This document shows, piece by piece, positions 42,006-51,794 of a DNA stretch of 64,000 nucleotides. The translations under genes and the position numbers were made by a program. How positions within the stretch are numbered: position 1 is the stretch's first letter; every line of letters starts with the position of its first letter. A model generated the notes under the pieces. The model searched no databases and was not told where the DNA came from. It saw only the letters and a program-made list of their open reading frames with translations. The DNA is from an uncultured delta proteobacterium (lineage in GTDB: Bacteria; Myxococcota; UBA727; VGSZ01), in contig CAVZJB010000011.1 in assembly GCA_963775425.1 (NCBI GenBank), positions 1,085,751 through 1,149,750 of the forward strand. The letters run 5' to 3'.

Positions 42006-43040
42006 TCAGCGCGAAGCCTTGATGTGACCGCCGGCGGCGAACCACGCGTAGACGCCGGGGCGCGCGCGCTTCAAGGCGGCGGGGTCGACGTGGAAGAGCG
42101 CGAACGACTCGGCGAACGACTCGTGCGGTGAGGTGTTGCCGTAGTCGGTGGGCGCGGGCTCTCCGGCGAGCGCTTGCTCATAGGCGGCGAGGATGGGGTT
42201 GTCGTCGCCGAGGGCGTTGCCCTCCCCGATGAGCTTGTTCGCGGCGGCGCCGCGTGCGTGCTCGGCGGCGCAATACTTTTCGCGCGCCAGGGACTTTTCG
42301 AAGGCGTGCCCCATCTCGTGGATGATGGAGTGGAGCACGGCGCTCCTGGGCGCGTTGGTGTCGCCGACGAAGCGAAAGCGGTTGCTCTGCGCGCCCGTGG
42401 AGAAGAGGTAGATGACGGCGCTGCACGCGCGCAACTGATAGAGCGCCGCGCGGTTCGGGTCGGGGTTCCCCGCGGAGCGATCGAAGGTCACGGTGCGGAG
42501 CACCGCCTGCTCCTCCGGCGACAGCAGCGCCAGCGACTCGGCGAGCGCCGAGAGCTCGAACGGCCGCCACTTGCCGGGCATCTTGTGCTCGATGTGAAAC
42601 CGCTGGCGCAGCGCGGCGACGGTGGGTGCGGGCGCCTCGGGCGGCGGCGGCGCGCGCGGCGGCGAGACGACGCGGATGCTGCCGTCGAGCGCGATGAGGA
42701 CCGAGACGGGTGTGGACCCCTTGCCGGCGACATGGACGCGTACGTCGCTCTCGCCGCCGACCTCACCGGTGGACGTCGCGAGCCACAGCGCCCCCAGCTC
42801 CGCGGTGCCGAGGTCCTTCAGGTGACCCCGCGCGATCGACCGTTCGCGACCGTCGGGGGCCACCCAGGTGACCGCGCGATCGCCGACCTTGCCCTCGACC
42901 TCCTTGAGGAGCCCCGCCTTCTGCTGCGCCTGGATGGGCTGATGTCGCAGCTCGCGCGTGTCGTAGAACAGGTGCGTGCGCGCGCATCCCGTCACCGTCG
43001 CGAGGAGCGCAACGCCGGCGGCGACGAGGAGGACGCGCAT
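42006..43040 (-). CDS. lipoprotein with a zincin (HExxH) metallopeptidase domain
   Basis: MRVLLVAAGVALLATVTGC lipobox; IIHEMGHAF...PTDYGNTSPHESFAESF (lethal-factor/MtfA-like arrangement). Confidence 0.82.
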   Translation of the reverse strand: MRVLLVAAGVALLATVTGCARTHLFYDTRELRHQPIQAQQKAGLLKEVEGKVGDRAVTWVAPDGRERSIARGHLKDLGTAELGALWLATSTGEVGGESDVRVHVAGKGSTPVSVLIALDGSIRVVSPPRAPPPPEAPAPTVAALRQRFHIEHKMPGKWRPFELSALAESLALLSPEEQAVLRTVTFDRSAGNPDPNRAALYQLRACSAVIYLFSTGAQSNRFRFVGDTNAPRSAVLHSIIHEMGHAFEKSLAREKYCAAEHARGAAANKLIGEGNALGDDNPILAAYEQALAGEPAPTDYGNTSPHESFAESFALFHVDPAALKRARPGVYAWFAAGGHIKASR

Positions 43041-45088
43041 CAGAAGTTGGCGTCGGCGCGCATGAGCAGGCTGTAGCTGCCGCACACGGGCGGGGCGTTG
43101 GCGCCCCACAACACGAACACGGTGACGTCTTCGCTGTTGTCACTGGAGCCGAAGATGCCGCTTTGGCCGTTGCCGCGAATGGTCACGGGGCCCGAGCCGA
43201 CGGTGCGGCAGTTGGTAGGCAGGCCGCCGCAGCCGTTGCCGGAGCCCTGGTAGTTCGCGCACAGCTGCATGCCGGGCGGGCCGGTGAGGGTGACCTCGGC
43301 GCCATAGTGGTCGCTGCACAGGAAGCAGCCGTCGTCGCTGGCGCGGAAGAAGTAGAGGTCGGCGTCGTTGGCGGCGTGCAAGGTGCCGGCGCGGGTGGTG
43401 GACCGCGTGCCGCTGCCGTTGCCGTCGTGGAGCGTGCCGATGTCGAGGCCGGGGCACGCCTGGCCGATGTCGTTCATGGTGGTGCCGACGACGTCCTCGG
43501 GGCACTCGCAGCCGTCGCTCTGCTGGCCGTTCGGGTCGTGGAAGTGGTCGAAGCAGGTGCCGATCTCGCAGCGCCCGCTCGAACAATTCGGCGTGCCGTT
43601 CGGTGTGGGGCAGCCTTGTTCGCAGGTGATGACGTCTCCGTGGATGTTGAGGCGGTGCACGCCGTCGTCGATGGCGTCGCTCTCGACGAGCATGACGGCG
43701 TCCACGGGGCCGAGGTTCTGGGCCTGCATGAACACGGTGACGACGATGGGCGGGTCACCGGGGGCGAGCTTCTGGGGGAGCGTGGGCACGTCGACGAGCT
43801 GCACCTGGTTGGACGAGCCGAGGTCCAGCGAGATGGCGTCGATGGTGAGCTCGCCGAAGCCGATGTTGGACAGTGAGATCGCCTGCGGCTCGGCGGTCCA
43901 CCCCTGGACCACGGAGCCGAAATTGACGGGCTCCGGCGTGACGCTCAACGCGGGAGCGTTCACCGCCGCGTGGGCCAGGATGTCGACGGCGTTGCCGGCG
44001 GCGTCGGTGAGCGTGAGCGTGCCCTCGGCGAGGCCGGAGGCGACCCCGTTGATGGTGACGTTGAACGTGGCCGTGGCGAGCGGCGCGATGCCCTCGACCG
44101 ACGGCGGGTCCACGCTGTAGCCGACGTCGGCGCCCGCGGTGATGGCGGCGGTGACGTCGAGCGGCGCGCCGCCGAGGTTCCTCACCGTCACGGTCCGCGT
44201 GCGCGAGTCGCCGGCGCGGAGCGGGGGCATCTGGAGGTCACCCTGGGGATCGACGACGGCGAGGCGCGGGTCCGCGACGGCGGTGCCCTGCACGGGGATG
44301 CGCACGCCGGGGACGGCGGGATCGTTGGTCTGCAGAACCACGGCGCCGAAGAACGCGTCCGCGGTGGGCGGCGAGAACACGACGGGGATGGAGACGGCGT
44401 CGCCAGGGTTGGCGAAGCGCAGGCCCCAGTCGCGCGGGGTGGGCGCGTGGAAGACGGGGCCGGTGCCCTCGTCGCGCCGCGCGGGGCCCACGGAGAGCAC
44501 CTCGGCGTCGCCGTCGTTTTCGACGGTGAGAGCGAGCTGCGCGTCGGAGCCCACGGGGACGTAGCCGAAGTCGAGGACGTCGGACTGGACCACCGCGGCG
44601 GGCGAGCCGATGGCGCGCGCGGTGAGCGGCACGGTCTCGGTCTTGGGCGTGGAGTCCTCGAAGGCGACGCCGCCGTCGAAGTGCTCGAGCTCCACCTTGC
44701 CCGCGTCGAGCGCGCCGTCGCTCGGGCGGTAGCGCACCAGGAGCTCGAGCTGCTCGCCGCCGCCGAGGGTGACGAGGTTGTCGTGCGTGGGCAGCGGTCC
44801 GCCGTCCGCGCGCCGGAGCGTGAAGTCCGTGGAGGTGTCCACGCTCACCCGGATCTTGGACAGGCCGAGCTTGCCGCCGCCCTTGTTGATGACGACGAGG
44901 CTCTTCTCGGTGTCGCAACCGATCACGACGCAGTCGAAGCCGACGCCGAACGGCGGGTCCGCGTAGAAGTGCGGCGGCTCCTCGGGCGGCGCCGGGGTCT
45001 TGCCCGCCACCGGCACCTGCGCCGGGCAGCCCGCGCCTGCGACGCAGGCCGCGACGCCTGCGGCCAGGGCGACGAGAGCGCGGCTCAT
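43040..45088 (-). CDS. choice-of-anchor D (Ig-like) repeat lipoprotein with a Cys-rich C-terminal region
   Basis: Lipobox GAGC; repeated LDFG.V..G.....TVEN.G...L units; CEQGCPTPNGTPNCSSGRCEIGTC...DGCEC. Confidence 0.82.
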   Translation of the reverse strand: MSRALVALAAGVAACVAGAGCPAQVPVAGKTPAPPEEPPHFYADPPFGVGFDCVVIGCDTEKSLVVINKGGGKLGLSKIRVSVDTSTDFTLRRADGGPLPTHDNLVTLGGGEQLELLVRYRPSDGALDAGKVELEHFDGGVAFEDSTPKTETVPLTARAIGSPAAVVQSDVLDFGYVPVGSDAQLALTVENDGDAEVLSVGPARRDEGTGPVFHAPTPRDWGLRFANPGDAVSIPVVFSPPTADAFFGAVVLQTNDPAVPGVRIPVQGTAVADPRLAVVDPQGDLQMPPLRAGDSRTRTVTVRNLGGAPLDVTAAITAGADVGYSVDPPSVEGIAPLATATFNVTINGVASGLAEGTLTLTDAAGNAVDILAHAAVNAPALSVTPEPVNFGSVVQGWTAEPQAISLSNIGFGELTIDAISLDLGSSNQVQLVDVPTLPQKLAPGDPPIVVTVFMQAQNLGPVDAVMLVESDAIDDGVHRLNIHGDVITCEQGCPTPNGTPNCSSGRCEIGTCFDHFHDPNGQQSDGCECPEDVVGTTMNDIGQACPGLDIGTLHDGNGSGTRSTTRAGTLHAANDADLYFFRASDDGCFLCSDHYGAEVTLTGPPGMQLCANYQGSGNGCGGLPTNCRTVGSGPVTIRGNGQSGIFGSSDNSEDVTVFVLWGANAPPVCGSYSLLMRADANF

Positions 45089-47127
45089 GGGCAGGGGATC
45101 CCCACCGCCGGATCGCAGAACTGCCCGTTGCGGCGCTGCAGGTGCGCGAGCTCGAGGACGTCACCCTTGTGCTGCAGCCGCTGCTGCGGCGCCGCGACCT
45201 CGGTGCCGTCGAGCGAGATGTGCAGCGTGACCAACGAGCTCGAGTGGTCGAAGCAGTTGTTGGCGACGAGGTCCGAGATCTGGTCGGGGGGCACCGCGAT
45301 GGGCACGCCGACGGCGCCGCCGAGCACGCCGAGCAGGATGGAGCCGCCGATGCCGAGGAGGTCGGCGAGCAGGCCCGTCGGGATGTTGGCGCAGTCCTCG
45401 ATGTAGTACGCGCGCGCCGTGAACGTGCCGCCCTCGGCCGCCGTGGGCCCGAGGCCGAACAGCAGGATGCGCTCGGGCTCCTCGTACTGGCCGAGCGCGA
45501 TCCAGCTCGTCTCGCCCTCCTGCCCGAAGTCGTTCCACTGCTGGCAGTAGTCGGTCTCGTGCGCGAGGTCGGGCACGAAGCCGCCGTTGCCGTCGGAGAC
45601 GAACGGGATGTGGGGCTTGGCGCAGGTGAAGCCCGTCGGGCTCTCGAGCTCGAGGTCGACGTCGCGGAAGTCGTTGCCGGCCCACGAGTTGTCCGCGTTT
45701 TCGTAGTTCATCTCCAGCTTGAGCACCTGATCGTTCTGGCCGCCCTTGGAGAAGCCCTTGAGCACCACGGTCTTCAGGACGTCGGTGGACGGATCGGTGT
45801 CGTTGGAGGTGATGTTCAAGACGGCGTCGAACGGGTCGATGGGGTCGAAGCGGTTGGCGGGATTGCTCGGCGCGGACGGCGCGAAGAACACCGTGATGGG
45901 GATGCTGCCGCCGGCGGGGATGGGCGGGATGAACGTGGGCGACACCGTGAAGTCCGACGCCTCGCCGCCGAGCGTCATGTTCACGTTGAGCGCGCTCTGT
46001 CCGCTGTTGCTGATGGTGAGCTGGCGGAACGCCACGGTGCCCACGGGGTAGGCCTCGTTGGTGGGGCACACGTCGTTCTGCACGCCGACGCCGCACTTGT
46101 AGTCGAGCTCGGTGGCGCTCACGTTGATCTCCGGCGGCCCGAGCGAGCTGCCGGTGAGGTTCACGGGCACCGTGTGGTTCTGGTCGTCGCGGATGACGAG
46201 GCGATCGTCGAAGTCGGCGTTCCTGTCGGGACGGAAGGTGACGTCGACGGTGACGACGGTGGAGGGATCGTTGGGGTCGTAGGGCGGGACCACGAGCGGG
46301 CTGTCGGGGGAGACGTCGTCGAAGGAGGGATCGATGAAGAACTCGAGGTTCTCGTCGACGAACATGCGCTCGATGACGAGCGCGGCGTTGCCGGTGCCGC
46401 GGTTGGTGATCTCGACGGTCTCGTCGGCCTGGCCCTGCTGGCCGCCGGCGACGAAGGGCACGAAGCCGAAGTTGAGCTCGCTCGGCTCCACCACCAGCGA
46501 CGGGATGCCGTCGTAGTCGGCGTGGAGGTCGACGGCGACGAGGCCCTCGTCGCCGGCCGTGGCGTCGTCGGAGCGGATCAGGAGCTGGCCGCTCGCGTCG
46601 CCGGTGGCGACGGGCGCGTAGTGCACGGTGATGTCGAGCGCCTGCTGCGGCGGGATGCGCTGCGGGTACGTGGCGGGATCGCAGGGCTCGCAGGTGAAGC
46701 CGGGGTTGGACGTGTCCGACAGCCCCGACGACGACAGCGTAAGCAAGCAGTCGCCGACGTTTTGCACCGTGACGGTCTCGTCGAGCGTCTGGCCGAGGTT
46801 CACCTGCCCGAAGTCGATGGAGAGGCTCGGCGCGATGGACAGGATGGGCGCCTGGTCCGGCTGGCACTCGAAGGTGCTCGTCGGCTCGCAGGACTCGAAC
46901 ACGCAGATCTCGTCCTGGCGGCAGTCGCCGTCGCTGCTGCACCCGCCGTCGTGGCAGACGCCCGCGACGCAGCGGCCGCTGTCGCACTCGGCGTCCACGG
47001 TGCAGGCGCCGCCCACGGGGCGGCCGGCGGGCTTGTCGTGCACGGTGATGAACTCGCGATCGACACAGCCGACGAGGGCCGCGCCGAAGAGCGGCATGAG
47101 CAAGCTCACGCGCGTGATCGCTCTCAT
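45085..47127 (-). CDS. choice-of-anchor D lipoprotein with N-terminal Cys-rich repeats and a YfaP-like C-terminal domain
   Basis: Lipobox LVGC; CTVDAECDSGRCVAGVC; IDFGQV...VTVQNVG; LNITSND; DVDLELESP...PERI...FTARAYY. Confidence 0.82.
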   Translation of the reverse strand: MRAITRVSLLMPLFGAALVGCVDREFITVHDKPAGRPVGGACTVDAECDSGRCVAGVCHDGGCSSDGDCRQDEICVFESCEPTSTFECQPDQAPILSIAPSLSIDFGQVNLGQTLDETVTVQNVGDCLLTLSSSGLSDTSNPGFTCEPCDPATYPQRIPPQQALDITVHYAPVATGDASGQLLIRSDDATAGDEGLVAVDLHADYDGIPSLVVEPSELNFGFVPFVAGGQQGQADETVEITNRGTGNAALVIERMFVDENLEFFIDPSFDDVSPDSPLVVPPYDPNDPSTVVTVDVTFRPDRNADFDDRLVIRDDQNHTVPVNLTGSSLGPPEINVSATELDYKCGVGVQNDVCPTNEAYPVGTVAFRQLTISNSGQSALNVNMTLGGEASDFTVSPTFIPPIPAGGSIPITVFFAPSAPSNPANRFDPIDPFDAVLNITSNDTDPSTDVLKTVVLKGFSKGGQNDQVLKLEMNYENADNSWAGNDFRDVDLELESPTGFTCAKPHIPFVSDGNGGFVPDLAHETDYCQQWNDFGQEGETSWIALGQYEEPERILLFGLGPTAAEGGTFTARAYYIEDCANIPTGLLADLLGIGGSILLGVLGGAVGVPIAVPPDQISDLVANNCFDHSSSLVTLHISLDGTEVAAPQQRLQHKGDVLELAHLQRRNGQFCDPAVGIPCP

Positions 47128-47292
47128 GTAAACCCCTTCCGTTCAGGGCCCGACAAGGTCGTTATCGGTCGGACAGCCGATTCTACCTCATTCGATCCGG
47201 CCAGATGGGCGCAGATCTGCTCGAATTTCGTTCTGTTGACCCTCCTCGAGGGCGCCGGCAGAGGACCCGCCGCTCGGATAAGGTCCTCTCGG

Positions 47293-48223
47293 ATGGGTGA
47301 GGATCACGCGCAGCATGAGCACCACGGGGTCGGGCACCAGCACGGCCGCGGGGCCGCGCACGCCGGCCGCCGCGCGCTCGCGGTCGCCCTCGCGCTGACC
47401 GCGGGGTTCTGCGGCGTCGAGGCCGCCGTCGGCTGGTGGGGCGGCTCGCTGGCGCTCCTCTCCGACGCCACGCACATGCTCACAGACGCGCTCTCCCTCG
47501 TCGTCGCGCTCGCGGCCGCCACCGTGCGCGGCACCCCGAAATCCGGCCGTTCGACCTTCGGGCTGCGCCGGCTCCCCGTCCTCGGCGGGATGTTCAACGC
47601 GGTGCTGGTGCTGGCGGCGTCGGCGGTGATCGTCGTCGAGGCCGTCGAGCGCATCGGGGCCCCGCGGCACGTCGAGGGCGGGCCGGTCATCGTGGTCGCC
47701 GTCGCCGGCCTCGCCGTCAACATCGTCGGCGCGTGGATCATGCACCGCTCCGGCGACACGAGCGTCAACATGCGCGGCGCCATGCTGCACATGATCGGCG
47801 ACGCCCTCGGCTCCGTCGCCGCGCTCGTCTCCGGCGTGGTGCTCGTGACCTTCGGCCTGGCCATCGTCGACCCCATCGCCTCCATCGTCGTCGCCGGCAT
47901 CATCACCGTCGGCGCCGTGCGGCTCCTGTTCGACGTCGGCAGCATCCTGCTCGAGCGCGCGCCCGCGCACGTCGACGTCCACGACGTCGAGCGGCTCGCC
48001 CGGAGCACCCCCGGCGTCGCCGACGTCATCGGCCTGCACGCGTGGGAGCTCGACAGCGGCGAGGCCGTCGCCAGCCTCGTTCTCGTCACCGCCGAAAACG
48101 ACCTCGCGCGGCTGGCGCAGGCGGCGGACGGCCTGCGCCTCGCGCTCCTCGAGAAATTCAGAGATCGCGCACACCACCATCGAGTGGCGGCCGACGGAGA
48201 GCCCGCGCCCATGTTGCGACTAG
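47293..48223 (+). CDS. cation diffusion facilitator (CzcD/ZitB-like), one-base frameshift at ~48160
   Basis: His-rich N-terminus, SLALLSDATHMLTD, VNMRGAMLHMIGDALGS, LHAWEL. Removing one A restores the typical end EKFEIAHTTIE..., with TAG at 48221-48223. Confidence 0.92.
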
Positions 48224-48248
48224 CGCCCGCCCCGTCGTCGAGGGCGCC

Positions 48249-48539
48249 GTGAAGGACGTGCTGCGCTTCGGCCCGCTCTTCGTGGCTCTGTGGGGGTGGG
48301 CGGCGCTCGCGCTCGCGGTGGCGCAACTGCCCATCGTCGTCGTCGCCGCGGTCGTCGGCCTGGGCGCGGCGCTGTTGCAGGGGCGCTCGTTCTACACCAC
48401 CGCCTTCGTCGAGGCCGGGGCGCTCGTGGCCGTCATCTGGTTGTCGCCGCTCGACAAGCTCGGCTTCGTCGCCGTCGGCGCCGCCCTCGTCGCCGCCGGC
48501 CGCGCCATCGGCATGGTGGCGCGGCGCTACCCCGGCTGA
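48249..48539 (+). CDS. small membrane protein
   Basis: VKDVLRFGPLFVALWGW..., several hydrophobic segments, GC3 bias. Confidence 0.6.
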   Translation: MKDVLRFGPLFVALWGWAALALAVAQLPIVVVAAVVGLGAALLQGRSFYTTAFVEAGALVAVIWLSPLDKLGFVAVGAALVAAGRAIGMVARRYPG

Positions 48540-48554
48540 TACGAGACGAGCTGC

Positions 48555-48803
48555 ATGCCTCTTTCGGATCCCACGCCCGAGCGCGTCAGCGCGTGTCCCG
48601 TCCACTTCCTCTGGGACGGGCGCGGCCGCGGGCGCGCCCTGGTGCGCAGCGGGTTCCTCGGCTTCCTCGCCGCCATCCTGCTCGGCCTCGCCGCGCGCAC
48701 CGTTCACGTCGAGCTGCTCATGAGCGCGGCCGCCGTCGTCGCCGCCTGCGCCGCCGCCGTGTACTTCGCCGGGCAGGGCGCGAGCTTCCTGGCCCGCCGG
48801 TAG
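48555..48803 (+). CDS. small two-TM protein
   Basis: 82 aa, two hydrophobic helices, GC3 bias. Confidence 0.55.
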   Translation: MPLSDPTPERVSACPVHFLWDGRGRGRALVRSGFLGFLAAILLGLAARTVHVELLMSAAAVVAACAAAVYFAGQGASFLARR

Positions 48804-48821
48804 CTGCGGGGCAGCCGCGCG

Positions 48822-49802
48822 CTACGGGGACGGGCCGCACACGTCGGTGCCGTTCGGATCCGGGTCCTGCCAACACGCCAGCGGCGCGTCGCAGGTGCCG
48901 TCGGTGTTGCACGGAGACGCGCACAGCGTGCCGAGGTCGTCCGTGTCCGTGACGAAGTGCGCGCAGTGCCCGCTCGCGCACTCGCGCGCCTGCGTGCAGG
49001 CCGCGCCGTCCGCGCGCGTGTCGAGCACCGGGACGCAGACGGCGTTTTGGTCGAGGTCGGTCTCGCACGAGAAGCCGTCGGCGCAGCCGCCGTCGACGCA
49101 CGCGCTCGCACACTTCTTCTGCCCGTCGACGTCCTCGACGCAGAAGCCGCCGTGGCACTCGCTGGCCGCCTGACAGGCGACGCCGTCGCCGAGCTGCGGC
49201 AGGCACGCGCGCGCCCCCCCGACGAGCCGCAGGCAGGCGATGCCGTCGCCGGTGCAGTCGGCGTCGGCGGCGCAGTCGTCGACGCACACGGGCTGATCCG
49301 ACTCCGGCGGCAACACGCAGGTCCCCGACGTGCAATCGCTCGACTCGACGCAGCTCTCGCCCGTGGCGAGGTCCCCGGTGGGCGCCGCGCAGATGTGGCG
49401 CAGGCCGTCGAGCACGCAGCGCGTGGAGGCGTCGGCGCAAGGCACGTCGCGGTCGCACACGTCGACGCAGACGGCGTCGGCGGTGGGCGCGGAGCACGCC
49501 CCGGTGCCGCACTCGAGATCACCGGCGCAGGTGTCGCCCACCTGCTTTTTGCCGGTGACGTCGAGACACGCGCCCTCGAGCAATCCGTCGTCGCGCGGGA
49601 GGCAGGCCTGGCCCCCGGGGCAGCCGAGGTCGGCGGCGCACGCCCGCCGGCAGGTGCGGGTGCCTTCGCTGCTGCCGTCGTCGACGCAGACGAGGCCGTC
49701 GCCGCACTCGCTGTTCACCACGCAGGTCGGCTTGGTGCAGCCCACGACCGTGAGCGCGCCGAGGAGGGCGCAGGCGGCGACGACGACGGCGGCGCGGAGC
49801 AT
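48822..49802 (-). CDS. Cys-rich repeat lipoprotein (myxobacterial type)
   Basis: Lipobox VVGC; repeated G..C....EC..G.C.......C...C..D..C units. Confidence 0.85.
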   Translation of the reverse strand: MLRAAVVVAACALLGALTVVGCTKPTCVVNSECGDGLVCVDDGSSEGTRTCRRACAADLGCPGGQACLPRDDGLLEGACLDVTGKKQVGDTCAGDLECGTGACSAPTADAVCVDVCDRDVPCADASTRCVLDGLRHICAAPTGDLATGESCVESSDCTSGTCVLPPESDQPVCVDDCAADADCTGDGIACLRLVGGARACLPQLGDGVACQAASECHGGFCVEDVDGQKKCASACVDGGCADGFSCETDLDQNAVCVPVLDTRADGAACTQARECASGHCAHFVTDTDDLGTLCASPCNTDGTCDAPLACWQDPDPNGTDVCGPSP

Positions 49803-49878
49803 CGCGGCATTGTACCGCGCCGCCGCGCCGTCGCCATGATCGGTGACCGGAGAGAGCGGCTGCGCGTGAAATCGGCGT

Positions 49879-50640
49879 CTACGGCCTGAGCACCACCTCG
49901 ACGGCGTGGTTGCGCATCCCCGGCACGGGCGCCGCGTTGCCGCGGCCGGCCATCACGAGGCGCCGCGCGGGCAGGCGGTGGTCGAGGGCGCGCACGACCA
50001 CGGCGGCGTGCGCGGCGCTCGCGGCCCACGCGTCCGCCGGCTCGGCGTCGTCCTTGTCGCGTCCGCGGCCGCGCCGGTGGTGGCGCGGGCTGTCGGCGTG
50101 GCCGACGACCTCCACGACGGAGTCGCCCTTCGGCACCGCCCTGGCCACCTTGGCGAGCAGCGCCTTTCCGTCGTCGCTCAGCGCGTCGGTGTCGTCGAAC
50201 AGGGCCTTGTCCGCCAGCGCCACGCGCACGCGACCGTCGGCGGAGGTGACCTGCACGTCGTCACCGAGGGCGGCGGCGACGGCGTTCTTCAGCGCGCTCA
50301 CCTTCGTGACCGCCTGCTGCGCCTCGTGATCGCGGGCGACGATGTCCGACGCCAGCTTGGCGCGCGCTTCGTCCATGGACTTCAACTGCCGCGCTTGATC
50401 CGCGAAGCTCGCGCTCAGGTTCGACAGCTCCGTTGCGGCCTTGTCGCGCTCCGCCTGGGCCGCGCCGAGCTTGGCGTACAGGACGCCCGCGACGACGACG
50501 GTGCCTGCGATGAAGAACCCCGCCAGGAAGCGCAGCACCGGCCGCCGCGGCGCCACCGGCCCGTTGTAGACGTAGGGCTCGACGTCCACCGGCATCGGCG
50601 GCGGGAACCGCCGTCGCCTCTCGCTGATCTCGGCAACCAT
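49879..50640 (-). CDS. OmpA/MotB-like membrane protein with coiled coil, degenerate PG-binding motif
   Basis: TM, coiled coil, VRVALADKALFD...LSDDGKALLAKVA...VEVVGHADS...WAASAAHAAVVVRAL...NHAVEVVL. Confidence 0.78.
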   Translation of the reverse strand: MVAEISERRRRFPPPMPVDVEPYVYNGPVAPRRPVLRFLAGFFIAGTVVVAGVLYAKLGAAQAERDKAATELSNLSASFADQARQLKSMDEARAKLASDIVARDHEAQQAVTKVSALKNAVAAALGDDVQVTSADGRVRVALADKALFDDTDALSDDGKALLAKVARAVPKGDSVVEVVGHADSPRHHRRGRGRDKDDAEPADAWAASAAHAAVVVRALDHRLPARRLVMAGRGNAAPVPGMRNHAVEVVLRP

Positions 50641-51030
50641 GGGCTCCCACCTCCGCCCCCTTCGTCGCACAGCGAACCCGGACGGGCATCGGTCAAGCGG
50701 CCCGCGCCGCCGCCCGACTCGGAGGCTGACGCGTAACGTGTTGATCCGAGCCACCCGGAAGGGGAGCGGAAAGGAGCTCCGAGCTCGGCGACGAAGACGC
50801 GCGCCGAGTTGAGCGCCGGGGCGCCGAGCTCTCCGCTCCCGCGCACACGACCCGCACGAGTCCGCCACGTGCGCTGACAGCGGGATCACAACACCGCTCG
50901 GACCCGCCGTTTCCTCACAACCTGCAGCGGTTCTTGCGCGCCGACGTGCTCCGCCACGTACTCCGCGCGGCGAGCCACCTTGTGGGCGGCTTCGCCGAGT
51001 GCTGCGACGAGCCTTATCTTTCGTCAGCCT

Positions 51031-51645
51031 TCAGGGCGCGACGATGCGGCCCGGCGCGCCGTTGAGGCCCTCGGGCGTGTGGCAGTGCATGCAGTTGCCG
51101 TCGGTCTGCGGGGTGACCATCTGCGTGGTGCGGCCCTGGTAGGTGAGGCGGATGGTGTACGGCGCCACCGACGAGAGATCGCCGCTCGCGTACAGGTTGC
51201 CGGCGGCGGAGGTGTCCTCGGAGAGCACGACGCTGCCGTCGTTGCCGATGATGTCGACGGTGACGCCGGGGATGCCGCGGCAGTCCTCGCCGTCGTTGGT
51301 GCGGCCCATGACGGTGCCGCCGAGCGCGAGGTTGGGGCCGCCCCGCTGGGCGTGGCAGCTCATGCAGTCCGCGCCCGGGTGCATGTTGTCGGAGCCGCGA
51401 TCGCCGAGCACCCAGAACTGGCCGGTGGAGCAGGCGGCGTTGCCGAAGCCCGCGGGCGGCGTGGTGTCGAAGCCCTGCGGCGGCGGGCCGACGTCGATGG
51501 GCTGCAGGTCGCCCTCTCCCTCTCCCTCACCGACGTCGCCCTCGCCTTCGCCCTCGCCCTCGCCTGCGGGCGGGGTGCCGATGGTGCACGAGGCGATGAC
51601 GGACAGCAGGAGGCACGCGATGGCGAGGGGCAGGAGCGTCTTCAT
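51031..51645 (-). CDS. di-heme c-type cytochrome lipoprotein
   Basis: Lipobox IASC, GEGEGE linker, CMSCH and CMHCH (CxxCH x2). Confidence 0.82.
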   Translation of the reverse strand: MKTLLPLAIACLLLSVIASCTIGTPPAGEGEGEGEGDVGEGEGEGDLQPIDVGPPPQGFDTTPPAGFGNAACSTGQFWVLGDRGSDNMHPGADCMSCHAQRGGPNLALGGTVMGRTNDGEDCRGIPGVTVDIIGNDGSVVLSEDTSAAGNLYASGDLSSVAPYTIRLTYQGRTTQMVTPQTDGNCMHCHTPEGLNGAPGRIVAP

Positions 51646-51794
51646 GGCCCTCTCCCCTAGCGGGCCGGCTCCTGGCTGCAAAGAGGTTGATGGGCTGACA
51701 TCTGGACCCCGGTCCACGCTCGCTTTGGCCGCCGCCGCCGCCCAATTTGCGCACGACGCCGGGGGCGCGCGGCGTCGTCGCGGGCCCCGGCGGC

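Noticed and set aside
45142-47292. Apparent 1036-aa CDF fusion protein
   Set aside because: The upstream part is the antisense of the choice-of-anchor D gene; the CDF starts at 47293.
51511-51563. GEGEGE hexamer repeat as a novel element
   Set aside because: An ordinary low-complexity linker in lipoproteins of this type.
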